From: Candidatus Eiseniibacteriota bacterium
GTDB lineage: Bacteria; Eisenbacteria; RBG-16-71-46
Assembly (NCBI GenBank): GCA_016215625.1
Contig: JACRIW010000058.1
Location: 32,252-96,251 of the forward strand
Length of the DNA: 64,000 bases
Reading direction: 5' to 3'
The notes below the pieces were generated by a model, which worked only from the letters and a program-made list of their open reading frames with translations, searched no databases and was not told the origin of the DNA. Positions 55,240 to 64,000 of this stretch are shown here, in pieces. The position numbers and the translations under genes are program-made. The number at the start of each line of letters is the position of its first letter. Positions within the stretch are counted from its first letter, which is position 1.

Positions 55240-57873
55240 TCAGTTCGCCGCCAGCGCTTTCGCGAACGCCGGGTTCCGGCGCACGGCGTCGAACCACGGC
55301 AGCGCGAACCAGCTCGGGCCGACGCCGAGCGCGAGCGCGCGCCGCGAGCGCGCGAGCGCGGAGTCGGGCCGCTCGCCCAGCGCGTCGACGAGCGCCGCGG
55401 CGTAGTGCGCTTCGCCGTCCTCGGCGGCGTCGGCGAGCGCGCCGTCCGCGAGCGCGAGCGCCTCGCGCACCCGGCCGGTGCGCACGAGGCACTGCGCACG
55501 ACGCAGCCGGTTGAACGCGTCTCCGGCGTCGGACTCCGCTCGACTCGCCTTTTCGATCCGCGTGTAGAGCGCCGTGGCCTCCGCGGTGCGCCCGGTGAGC
55601 CCGAGGCAGTCCGCGCGGTTGAGCGCGATGTCGAGATTGTCCGGCGCCATCTCCATGCTCGCCGCGAAGTCCGCCTCGGCGCCGGCCCAGTCGCCGTGCA
55701 GCATGCGCGCGAGGCCGCGGTTCGTGAGCGAGGGCACCTGCCCGGGCTGCGATTCGACGAGGCGCGAGTAGAGCGAATCCGCGCGCAGCGGGTCGCCGTT
55801 CAGCAGTTCGAGCTGCGCGAGCTTGGAGAGCGGATAGCGGTCCGTGGGGAAGCGCGCGACCAGCGTGTCGAGGTGCACGCGCGCCTCGGGCACGAGACCC
55901 TGGCGCATCTCGAGGTCGGCGAGCGCCTGCAGCATGCGGCGCGAAGGGCGCCGTGCCACGGCGTCGCGCAGGTGCCGCAGCGCGGCGTCGAAATCACCCT
56001 CGCGTTCCGCGACGACCGCGCGCCAGCGCTCGACTTCCGCATCGCCCGGCAGCCGCAGCGCGAGTTCCTCGACGTGGCGGCGGGCGTCGGGCAGGTCGGC
56101 GCGCGCGAGCGCGACGCGCAATCGCGCGACGGGAAGACGCGGATCGTCGGGCGAGGCCGACTCGGCGCGCCGCGTGGCGGCTTCGACGAGCGGCAGGAAG
56201 GTGGTGTCGCGCGTGGTGGCCAGTTCGCGCAGGGCGTAGTCCACGAGCAGCATCTGTGCGTCCGCGAAGCGCGGAGCACGCTCGGCGAGCGAGCGGACGC
56301 GCTCACGGTACTGGGCCGCGGTGAGGCCGCCCGATTCGCGGTCGCGCTCGAGCCGGTAGAGCTGCACGTACTCGTCGTAGTCCGCGCGGCTCACCTGCGG
56401 GACCGCCGGCGTGCGGCCCGAGGAGCGCTTCGGGTAGAAGTTCACCGACTCGATGCCGAGCGCGTTCGCGAACGTGAGCGCGGGATCGGACTGCGCGGTG
56501 AAGCTGCGCACGCCGAGCAGCTTGCCGTCGCGCCCGGAAAGCCGGCGCAGCGTGACGAACCATTCGTCGCCGTTGGCGACGAGGCGTGCTTCGAGCATCT
56601 CGTCGGCACGCAGCGCGATCGCGGCCGCGGCCGGTCCGCCGGGCAGTCCGCGCAGTTCGGCCGGATCCACGACGGTGACGCCGCGCAGGGGCGCGAGCGC
56701 GCGGGTGAGCGCGGCCTCGGCCGCGGCGATGCGCAGGCGCTGCGCGAGGGAATCGGGCGCACCTTCGACCACGGCCGGCAGCACGGCCACGCGCAGGCCG
56801 CCGCGCTCCGGCAGCACGCGCGGCACCAGCACGACCGCGGCGATCGCGAGCGCGGCGCCGAGTGCGGCCCAGAGCCAGGGCGTGCGGCGCGAAGTCGCCA
56901 CGGCCGGCACCGTGGTCGCGCCGGTCGGCGCGCCCGCGCCCACCGGGAACGTGGGTGCGCTCGTGAGCACGCCCTCGCGCGCCGGGCCGCGCGCGGGACG
57001 CGAGCCCTGCGCCAGCGCCGCGGCCGCCGCGGGCGGGAGCGCCGATCCGCTTTCGGGCGGGAGCGCGGCGAGCGCGGCGCGGAGCGCGTCGGCGATTTCG
57101 CGCGCCCCGGCGACGCGGTCCTCCTTGCGCTTGGCGAGGCAACGCCCGACGAGCGCGACGACGGACGGCGGAACGTGCGGTGCGAGCGCCGCGAGCGGCT
57201 CCGGTTCGCGCTCGAGTGTCGCGTACACGAGGCCGTGCGTGGAATCCGCACGGAACGGGTGCTGCCCCGTGAGGAGCGTGTACAGCGTGACCCCGAGCGC
57301 CCAGAGGTCGGCGCGCGCGTCCACGGACTCGCCGCGGATCTGCTCGGGCGGCATGAAGGCCGGCGTGCCGATGGCGTCCCCGGTCGCGGTCAGCTCCGAG
57401 CCCGTCACGCGCGCGACGCCGAAGTCGAGAATCTTCACGAGCCCGTCGGCGGTGATCATGATGTTCGTGGGCTTGATGTCGCGGTGCACGATGCCGGCTT
57501 CGTGGGCGCGCGCGAGCCCGTCGGCCACCTGGGCCGTCACACCCAGCGCCTCGGCCAGCGCGAGCCCGCCCGCGCGCAGGCGCTGTTCGAGCGTTTCGCC
57601 TTCGTAGTAGGCCATCACGATGGCCATGCGGCCGTCGTCCGCGAACTCGATCCCGTGGATGGCGCAGATGTTCGGATGGTCGAGCGCCGAGGCCGCGCGG
57701 GCCTCCTGCAGGAAGCGCTCGCGGAACACCGCGTCCACGCTCAGCCGGGGCGCGATGACCTTGAGCGCCACGCGGCGGCCGAGCCGCGTGTCCTCGGCCA
57801 GGAACACCTCGCCCATGCCACCGGCGCCGAGGCGGGAGAGGATGCGGAATTGTGCGAGCGAGTTCGCAGCCAT
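55240..57873 (-). CDS. Ser/Thr protein kinase with one transmembrane segment and an extracytoplasmic TPR-repeat domain
   Basis: Hanks kinase motifs GAGGMGEV, ALKVI, HRDIKPTNI, DFG and GTPAFMPPE. A transmembrane segment (WLWAALGAALAIAAVVLV). About 450 aa of TPR-like repeats. Confidence 0.85.
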   Translation of the reverse strand: MAANSLAQFRILSRLGAGGMGEVFLAEDTRLGRRVALKVIAPRLSVDAVFRERFLQEARAASALDHPNICAIHGIEFADDGRMAIVMAYYEGETLEQRLRAGGLALAEALGVTAQVADGLARAHEAGIVHRDIKPTNIMITADGLVKILDFGVARVTGSELTATGDAIGTPAFMPPEQIRGESVDARADLWALGVTLYTLLTGQHPFRADSTHGLVYATLEREPEPLAALAPHVPPSVVALVGRCLAKRKEDRVAGAREIADALRAALAALPPESGSALPPAAAAALAQGSRPARGPAREGVLTSAPTFPVGAGAPTGATTVPAVATSRRTPWLWAALGAALAIAAVVLVPRVLPERGGLRVAVLPAVVEGAPDSLAQRLRIAAAEAALTRALAPLRGVTVVDPAELRGLPGGPAAAAIALRADEMLEARLVANGDEWFVTLRRLSGRDGKLLGVRSFTAQSDPALTFANALGIESVNFYPKRSSGRTPAVPQVSRADYDEYVQLYRLERDRESGGLTAAQYRERVRSLAERAPRFADAQMLLVDYALRELATTRDTTFLPLVEAATRRAESASPDDPRLPVARLRVALARADLPDARRHVEELALRLPGDAEVERWRAVVAEREGDFDAALRHLRDAVARRPSRRMLQALADLEMRQGLVPEARVHLDTLVARFPTDRYPLSKLAQLELLNGDPLRADSLYSRLVESQPGQVPSLTNRGLARMLHGDWAGAEADFAASMEMAPDNLDIALNRADCLGLTGRTAEATALYTRIEKASRAESDAGDAFNRLRRAQCLVRTGRVREALALADGALADAAEDGEAHYAAALVDALGERPDSALARSRRALALGVGPSWFALPWFDAVRRNPAFAKALAAN

Positions 57874-58007
57874 GCCGGCAAGCTAGCACGCGCAAAAAGA
57901 CATGGGCAGGTCTTCGTGCGAACGCGTATCGTCACCGGGCGTCTCGAGGGGGACGCCACTCGGCCCGCGCGAGCGGGATTCCATCCATCCGAAAACGAGA
58001 GGTCGCC

Positions 58008-58454
58008 ATGCCCGTGATCCAGAAGCTGTACGAGAACACCATGGTCGGAGATCCCCCGCAGATCACCGTGAAGTTCAACCTCGTCGGGCTCGGTCCGGCG
58101 ACGACGTGGTCCATCACGCCGGATTCGCTGACGATGCACGGCAACGGCCAGATCCAGTTCGTGCTCGATCCGGCCTCCAGCGCGGGCACCTCGTTCGTGG
58201 GCTTCGCGATCAAGGCCACGTCGCCGAACCCGAACAACGGCACGTTCGACAACATCAACGTCGTGCAGAACGGCCAGCGCATGAACGTGAACGACCACGA
58301 CAACACGCCGAAGGGCGGGTTGCCGATGGAGTTCGACTACATGATCTCGGTCGTGAACAACGGGACGACGTACTACTCGGACCCGAAGATCATCAACGAC
58401 CCGCCGCCGAACATGTACCGCGCGGTTCCGGCCAAGGCGCTCGAGACGGCCTGA
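58008..58454 (+). CDS. Hypothetical Asn/Pro-rich beta protein (148 aa)
   Basis: GAGAGG ribosome-binding site 5 nt before the ATG. No signal peptide. NPNNGTFDNINVVQNGQRMNVNDHDN. Local GC (~60%) is lower than its surroundings, explained by amino-acid composition. Confidence 0.55.
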   Translation: MPVIQKLYENTMVGDPPQITVKFNLVGLGPATTWSITPDSLTMHGNGQIQFVLDPASSAGTSFVGFAIKATSPNPNNGTFDNINVVQNGQRMNVNDHDNTPKGGLPMEFDYMISVVNNGTTYYSDPKIINDPPPNMYRAVPAKALETA

Positions 58455-58479
58455 CCCCGGCGTACCGGGAAGCACCGGC

Positions 58480-58511
58480 CCCTCGCGGACGAGCACTCGC
58501 CCGCGAGGGGT
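58480..58511. terminator. Hairpin between convergent genes
   Basis: CCCCTCGCGG-acgagcactcgc-CCGCGAGGGG is a 10-bp stem. Confidence 0.45.
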
Positions 58512-58525
58512 TCGTCATTCGCCCG

Positions 58526-59221
58526 TCAGCCCCGCGCGCCGGAGTCCTCGCCGGGCTCGACCGGCAGCCGCGCCTCGAGTCGCGCGACACGTTCGGTCAG
58601 GCGCGCCAGCTCGGCGCGGAGTTCGGCGACCTCGTCCGTCGCGGCGGGCGCCGCCGCTCGGGCGACCGGCGCGGCGGCGTGCTCCGCGGCGTGGTCCGAC
58701 ATCGCCGGCACCTCGCCCGGGAGCCCGAGGCCGTGCGTCACCATCTGCCCGCGTCCCGGCGGCGTGAGCTCGATCATCAGACCGCGCGCGACGAGACCTT
58801 CGACGATCGGCTTGAGCGCGGCGAGATCGGCGATCGCCTCCATGCGGTCGGCGCGTGCGCGCAGCTCGCCGAGCTGCTGCGCGCCGCGGAGCAGCAGTTC
58901 GCCCATCACCGCGAGCTCGGCCTTCGTCACGCCGAGCCACTCGTACGCCTTGTGCTTGTACTTGCTCGAGCGCCCCATCCAGTCGATCTCGGCGACCGCG
59001 CCCATCTCCGCCAGCTCGACGAGCGCGTTGCCCACGTCGATGTCGTCGAGCGTCGTGATCGGGTCGCGGTTGTTCTTCTGGTTGCAGCCCGTGACGATCG
59101 CGTTGACGGTCATCGGGTAGCCGGCCGGCGTGGTCATCGCCTTCTCGATCAGCACGCCGAGCACGCGGCGCTGGTTCGGGTCGAGCGGCCGGAAGCGTGC
59201 GGGCGAGTCGGGGGACGTCAT
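58526..59221 (-). CDS. YceH/DUF480-family (UPF0502) protein
   Basis: The N-terminus LDPNQRRVLGVLIEKAMTTPAGYPMTVNAIVTGCNQKNNRDPIT matches the conserved DUF480 start. Confidence 0.75.
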   Translation of the reverse strand: MTSPDSPARFRPLDPNQRRVLGVLIEKAMTTPAGYPMTVNAIVTGCNQKNNRDPITTLDDIDVGNALVELAEMGAVAEIDWMGRSSKYKHKAYEWLGVTKAELAVMGELLLRGAQQLGELRARADRMEAIADLAALKPIVEGLVARGLMIELTPPGRGQMVTHGLGLPGEVPAMSDHAAEHAAAPVARAAAPAATDEVAELRAELARLTERVARLEARLPVEPGEDSGARG

Positions 59222-59389
59222 GACGGGAGTCCTCGCAGGGTGGGTGATGCGACGGCGACGGCGCGCAGTCTAGCGCGTCGCCGGAGCCATCACACCGCAG
59301 GCGCGGCCTCGCGGCGGGGAGCCGCAAGCACGACCGCCCCGGCGTGGCGCCGAGGCGGTCGTGAGCGGCGAGTTACACGGCGGAACGAG

Positions 59390-62300
59390 CTACTCGATCA
59401 TCACGAGAGTCCGTCTTGCCATGAACTTCGACTGCTCGAACTGCAAGCGCAGGAAGTAGACGCCGGCGGGCATGCGTGCACCGGCGTCGTTGTTGCCGTC
59501 CCAAACGAGGTCGAGAGTGCCGGGGAGGAAGGCGCCACGTCGCAACGTGCGCACGCGACGGCCAGCGAGATCGAACAGCGCGATTTCGCCACGATCCGGG
59601 CGCGCGACCGTGAGTCGAATGCCCGTGAACCCGCGTGGGGCCGGGTTGTTGCGCACCGCGAGGGAATTTTCGATCACTTCGTTCTCGGCGTCGGTGACGA
59701 CCCATGGTGGGCCGGCGACTTCGCAGATCGAGTAGAACCAGTTCGCGAACACGTCGTGCCGGTGATTGGTGATGCCGGCCGGGCTCGAGCACGCGAAGGT
59801 CGACACGTGCTGGATGCCGAAACCGTCGACGAGCCCGACCCAGGGTTCCGAGACGTTGGCGACATGGCCGACGGAGGCCGTCGTCAGCGTGCTCGTCGAC
59901 GTCGAGCGGTACTGGGCGGTCACGTTCGACGCCACCGTTCCCGACAGCGCGAGCACGTCGAGCGATGTGCCGAACAGGTTGCGCGCGTTGTACACGTTCA
60001 TGAACGGACCCATGAGCGTGGCGGTGAGCTGGAGACGTGGGCAGCTTTCGGCATTGAGCGTCGCGTAGTCGCCAGCGCCCAGTGCGACACCCATGCGATT
60101 GCGGAGGAAGTCCGTGTGCGCCGTGAGGCCCGAGGCAAACTCGCCCTCGACGAGGTTGTCACCGGCGAGGTAGACCCCGCGCGTCGGAGGGAACTTCTCC
60201 GGAGCCACGAGGAAGTCGTCGAGAATGGCGATGTCGTTCTGGCTGCGGTTCACGATCGGACCGAAGATCCCGTCCCGCAGTTCGGCCGTGCTCACGTTCA
60301 CGATGCGGTAGTACTTCCGCAACATGTGTGGAGTCGGCGCGACGCGCGCGGACTTGCCCGTCGCCCAGTACATGCCCGTCCGATTCGCCAAACGACCGCC
60401 GATCGCTCCGGCATGTCCCTCGACGGGATCGTCCACGCTGCGCACCTGGTACAGGTCCCAGGTGGTCCCCGCCTGGCCCCGATGCGCCCGCACGAAGTGC
60501 GCGGGGTCGTTCGGATCGTCCGTGAGCTTGGTCAGGTGCCAGCCATTGTGCGCGCCGTACTTCTCGGCACGCGTGGCGCCGATGCGATCGGCCGCCTTGA
60601 CCCATTCGGTTTCGTCGCCGTGTCCGTCGGCCTGGTCCACGAACAGCATGCACGCCATGCCGCGCCCGCCGAACTGCGCGTCCTTCCAGCGGTCCGGCAG
60701 CACGCCGAACTGCTGCCAGCGGTGGCCGTCCAGCGAACTGCGACCCTGGTTGTCGCTGCAACTCGTCCCGGGCGCGGAGCCCTCGTTGAGCTGCGGTACG
60801 ACGCGGTTCGTGTCCGGCACCATCGAGAACACCGCAGGATTCGACAGCTTCGAGCGGCGGAGGAAGTACTCCACGTGCGAGCCCGGCGTGAGCAGGCCGT
60901 CGGGGATGATCTTGGTGTACTCGCGCGTGAAGCCGTTGCCGTCGAAACCGGTGTGTGAAGTCGGGAGCGAGAGGAGCCAGCTCGGATAGAGCGGCGTGTA
61001 CTTCCCGTCGCCGCACAGGACGTTGCTCGAGAGCCCGGCCTCGGGGGCCCGGGTCGTGTCGATCACGAAGCACCGGAACTTGAGAATGCCCAGCGTCGTG
61101 TACTTCGGATCGTCCTCGTGGTAGGTGCCGGAGAAGATGCAGTTCTGGATTCTCGGCCAGTCGCCCGCGCCGCTCACGGGGAAGATGTTGATTTCCGCGG
61201 TGTCCATGCGGGCGCTGTTCCAGACCTGTTCGCTCCACTGCCCGCCGGGGTGACCGCCGGGAGTTCCGAACACCCCGTTGTCCGCGAGGTACTGCCCCCA
61301 GAAGGATCCGTCGCCGGGCACCACGAGGTCGGTCTGCGACTGTGGCTGCTTGAGCAGCTGCATGCCCGGTGCGAGCGGGTACGTGCGTGTGGTGCCGGCG
61401 CGGTAGTTGCCCGGCCCGGGCAGGATGCGGAACACGAGGTCGAGCCGGGTGCCATCGCCGCACGCACAAGCGGTCAGCGAATCACCCGCGATGTCGAAGC
61501 GCTGCGCGTTGTTCGTCACCTGGGCGATGTTGCGCCCCGTCACGATGAGCGCGGTCGTGGTGTCGAACGCCGCGGTTCCCACGAGCAACGTATCCTCGTT
61601 GAACGGGAAGGCGTCCTGGTACCAGTCACGTCCCCGCAATTCGCCCGTGGTGGAGTCGGGACAGAGGCAGTTGGCGATGCCCGCCATCTCCGCTGGTGTG
61701 AGCACCCGGTCGAAGATGCGGACGTCGTCCATGTCGCCATTGAACTCACAGGCGCCCGGGTCGTCCTGGAAGCCGTAGTTGCCGAGCATGAACCAATGAT
61801 TGCTCGCGAACGCGGCGTTGTGCAGCTGGTTGTCCGCGTTCGGCGCGCCGTTGGCGAGCACGACCGTCGGCACAGGCAGGCCATTCACGTAGAACTGGAT
61901 CGTCTGCCTGCCGGACATGACCGGCCCACGCACGTAGCCGACCAGCGTCCACACGCCGACCGGGAGGTTCGTGTTCGCGATCGCCACTTCCGAGCCGCTG
62001 GGTTCGTTCTGGAACACGAGCCGGTCGTTGTTCTTTTCGACCTGGAACCAGTTCGAGCCGCCTTTGCAGAAAATCGTGCCCTCGGTGCAGGACGGGTTGT
62101 TGTCCGTCGACTGCGGCCCGAGCACGCGGATCCACGCGGTCGCCGACATCGCGCCGGTGAGATCCCCTGCCGCTGAGGTCGTCGCGTAGGCCTCGTGGAC
62201 GTTGTTGTTCGGCAGGAATCGCATCGCTTTTCCACAGCGGCTGTCCACGAGGTTTGGATTTTCGATGACGATGTGCTGCCCATGCCCCGAGACGTCGAGG

Positions 62301-64000
62301 CCGGGGGAGTTCTGCTCGAAGGTGTAGTGGAGCACTTCGCCCGTGGGGCACGGAGCGGAGACCGGCGCCGGGCAAGGAATCTCCACGTCGCCCTGGTTCA
62401 GCTTGTCCTGCGACCCGACGGCACCGTCGTTGTCGATGAGGTAGCTGTTGGTCGGTGATCCGCCGGTCTGCGGAATACCCTCGATGCCGTAAATGTAGTC
62501 CGGCCCGAACCGGATGGCGTCACCGCTCGCCCAGACGCGACCGAGCGTGCCCGCGGGTGTCGAGTGGTCCACGGCGACGCCGCCGGCGGAGTTCGCCTGC
62601 GAGCCGTAGGTGCCGACGACGAACGTGGTCGGACTGGCCTGCCAGTCTCCCCCCACGCACTCGAACTGCAGCAGGCGAGCCGCGTGTGCGCTCGGGCCGG
62701 TCGGGCTGTACATGCCGCGCTGCGCCGCCATGAGGTGGCCGTCGGGTGTGAACTCGATGTCGCTCACCGGCGCCGACCAAGTCGTCGAATACGGTGGAAG
62801 CGTGATCTCCAGCTGCGCGCTCGCCGCGTCGATCGCAGAACCATTGAGCCCGACCGACCAGATCTGGTTCGGGCCGACGCCGGGTGTGCCCTGATCGCAG
62901 CGCCAGAGGCTGTAGTAGAGCCGCCCGTCCGCGTACTCCACGGCCCACACGCGCTCCCCGATGGGCGCCCAGCCCGGCTGGGCGTTGTCGGGTGCACCGG
63001 GATCGTACGCCACACCCAACTGGGCGCCGCTCATGTCGAGCCGGTAGATCTTGCCGTCTTCGAGATCGCTCACGAAGAATTGCCGGTGGTCGCAGTCGAA
63101 CGTGATGTTGCCGAGGCACGGGTACGAGCCGATCGGCACATTGGGGTCGGCGAAGTTGGGCAGGGAAGCGAAGGTCGTCGGTTGCCCGGTGAACTTGTCG
63201 ATCTTGTAGACACTGCCCGGCGTGGCGTTCGGAAGGGTCGCCACGAGGTCATTCCAGTAGCACGACGTCTGGCAGACGTAGACGTTGCCCTCGTCGTCGA
63301 TCGCCGTTCCGAACACGCTGCCGAGGATGTCTCCGCGCCAGATGCCACGTCCGGTGCCATCGGCCGGCCCGTTGTACCGGGACATCGTGCCGTTGGCGCC
63401 GCCCCAGTTCACGCCGACGGGCGGCACGCCGTGCTCGAGATCGAAAACCGTGAGCACGTAGTCGGCGCCGTTCAGCGCACTCGTGGTCTCGAGCGCGATC
63501 TGTCCTGTGAACGAGGCGAACGCCGGATCGGTCCACCGCGGCTTCACGGAGCAGCACTCCGGAGTCACGCAGCTCGCGGCGCAGTCGCCCACGGGAAGGT
63601 TGCTGCACAGCGTGACGCCGTTCGCGCGAATGGTCACGGTGCAGCCCGGGTCGACGTTCACGCACAGGCAGAAGTGAACGCTGCCGTCGTCGTCCGTGCT
63701 GCGCGTCGCCGTGTGATTCACGACATCGATCGTCGTGCCGTACTGCGGGGGACCGCAAAACGTCGCCGCACAACTCGAGAAATCCACCGTGACCGGGCAG
63801 GCGGGGATCCACTGGCCCGCTGCGTTCCGCACGATCACGTCGAAGCAGCAATCTCCGTTGCTCGAAAGACGCACTCTCGGCGGGCAGGTGGACTTTTCCG
63901 CACTCGGGACGAGCACCAGCGCCGAAGCGTTGAAGCGCACTTCGACCGAGTCTTTGGTGCCGAGCGGGACGGCGATGTCGAGCTTGCCGTCACCGTTGAT
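59390..64000 (-). CDS. Giant secreted protein, 5' end outside the window, with FG-GAP/VCBS-like, LamG/ConA-like lectin and FlgD-Ig/T9SS-type tail domains
   Basis: The reading frame stays open to the window edge (INGDGKLDIAVPLGTKDSV... upstream of the listed Met). The LamG-like region is WIRVLGPQS...IFCKGG...LVFQNEP...VWTLVGYV...IQFYVNGLPV. Tail: GVYFLRLQFEQSKFMARRTLVMIE. Confidence 0.8.
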   Translation of the reverse strand: MNGDGKLDIAVPLGTKDSVEVRFNASALVLVPSAEKSTCPPRVRLSSNGDCCFDVIVRNAAGQWIPACPVTVDFSSCAATFCGPPQYGTTIDVVNHTATRSTDDDGSVHFCLCVNVDPGCTVTIRANGVTLCSNLPVGDCAASCVTPECCSVKPRWTDPAFASFTGQIALETTSALNGADYVLTVFDLEHGVPPVGVNWGGANGTMSRYNGPADGTGRGIWRGDILGSVFGTAIDDEGNVYVCQTSCYWNDLVATLPNATPGSVYKIDKFTGQPTTFASLPNFADPNVPIGSYPCLGNITFDCDHRQFFVSDLEDGKIYRLDMSGAQLGVAYDPGAPDNAQPGWAPIGERVWAVEYADGRLYYSLWRCDQGTPGVGPNQIWSVGLNGSAIDAASAQLEITLPPYSTTWSAPVSDIEFTPDGHLMAAQRGMYSPTGPSAHAARLLQFECVGGDWQASPTTFVVGTYGSQANSAGGVAVDHSTPAGTLGRVWASGDAIRFGPDYIYGIEGIPQTGGSPTNSYLIDNDGAVGSQDKLNQGDVEIPCPAPVSAPCPTGEVLHYTFEQNSPGLDVSGHGQHIVIENPNLVDSRCGKAMRFLPNNNVHEAYATTSAAGDLTGAMSATAWIRVLGPQSTDNNPSCTEGTIFCKGGSNWFQVEKNNDRLVFQNEPSGSEVAIANTNLPVGVWTLVGYVRGPVMSGRQTIQFYVNGLPVPTVVLANGAPNADNQLHNAAFASNHWFMLGNYGFQDDPGACEFNGDMDDVRIFDRVLTPAEMAGIANCLCPDSTTGELRGRDWYQDAFPFNEDTLLVGTAAFDTTTALIVTGRNIAQVTNNAQRFDIAGDSLTACACGDGTRLDLVFRILPGPGNYRAGTTRTYPLAPGMQLLKQPQSQTDLVVPGDGSFWGQYLADNGVFGTPGGHPGGQWSEQVWNSARMDTAEINIFPVSGAGDWPRIQNCIFSGTYHEDDPKYTTLGILKFRCFVIDTTRAPEAGLSSNVLCGDGKYTPLYPSWLLSLPTSHTGFDGNGFTREYTKIIPDGLLTPGSHVEYFLRRSKLSNPAVFSMVPDTNRVVPQLNEGSAPGTSCSDNQGRSSLDGHRWQQFGVLPDRWKDAQFGGRGMACMLFVDQADGHGDETEWVKAADRIGATRAEKYGAHNGWHLTKLTDDPNDPAHFVRAHRGQAGTTWDLYQVRSVDDPVEGHAGAIGGRLANRTGMYWATGKSARVAPTPHMLRKYYRIVNVSTAELRDGIFGPIVNRSQNDIAILDDFLVAPEKFPPTRGVYLAGDNLVEGEFASGLTAHTDFLRNRMGVALGAGDYATLNAESCPRLQLTATLMGPFMNVYNARNLFGTSLDVLALSGTVASNVTAQYRSTSTSTLTTASVGHVANVSEPWVGLVDGFGIQHVSTFACSSPAGITNHRHDVFANWFYSICEVAGPPWVVTDAENEVIENSLAVRNNPAPRGFTGIRLTVARPDRGEIALFDLAGRRVRTLRRGAFLPGTLDLVWDGNNDAGARMPAGVYFLRLQFEQSKFMARRTLVMIE

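Noticed and set aside
55120-60958. 965-aa and 1018-aa plus-strand ORFs antisense to the Ser/Thr kinase and the giant LamG gene
   Set aside because: Both are antisense GC artifacts. Only the sub-region 58008..58454 in the plus frame has its own ribosome-binding site and protein-like composition, and I kept it as a separate small gene.
1-64000. Checked for tRNA, rRNA, CRISPR arrays and IS/transposase genes
   Set aside because: No repeat-spacer periodicity, no inverted terminal repeats bracketing a transposase-like ORF, and no conserved rRNA or tRNA features found by eye. I cannot run tRNAscan or Infernal here, so small RNAs may have been missed.

Overview
This 64 kb window is about 70% GC and gene-dense. 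It looks like chromosomal DNA from a high-GC, Gram-negative (diderm) bacterium whose secreted proteins carry T9SS/FlgD-Ig-like C-terminal sorting tails; this feature and the gene content would fit Gemmatimonadota or a related lineage, but taxonomy cannot be confirmed from sequence alone. I can support about 38 protein-coding genes and found no rRNA, tRNA, CRISPR array or obvious insertion sequence. Because the DNA is so GC-rich, the six-frame track is full of long spurious ORFs, and the provided caller also counts GTG and TTG as starts. I chose real genes by third-position GC, recognisable protein motifs, ribosome-binding sites and start/stop coupling between neighbours.

Content, in order:
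- **Housekeeping and metabolism.** A glyoxylate-shunt operon (malate synthase plus isocitrate lyase), a PQQ-type sugar dehydrogenase, a fused CcsBA cytochrome c synthase, and a DtxR-family repressor next to an IsdG-like (N-W-H triad) heme-degrading monooxygenase.
- **Efflux and signalling.** A co-directional array of MacA, MacB ATPase, FtsX-type permease, a TPR protein, an NtrC-like sigma-54 activator, a PAS histidine kinase and a porin. Separately, a tightly coupled Ser/Thr kinase, K+-channel-like protein and GNAT acetyltransferase operon, and a multi-pass-membrane GAF-PP2C phosphatase.
- **Surface-protein island.** Seven proteins share a C-terminal beta-sandwich sorting tail of the FlgD-Ig/T9SS type. 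They include two paralogous ~1500 aa delta-60-type beta-propeller repeat proteins, an M36 fungalysin-like metalloprotease with a PA domain, a lamin-tail-domain–endonuclease I fusion, and a giant LamG/FG-GAP protein that runs off the right edge.

Three observations look most novel. First, three unrelated small secreted proteins end in a shared terminal motif, [ST]WG[STR]LK[ST][LF][HYA]R, that I cannot assign to a known sorting class. Second, a 604 aa Trp/Pro-rich tandem-repeat secreted protein is start/stop-coupled to a DUF2891 gene. Third, the kinase–channel–acetyltransferase operon has overlapping or 1-nt-spaced stop and start codons.
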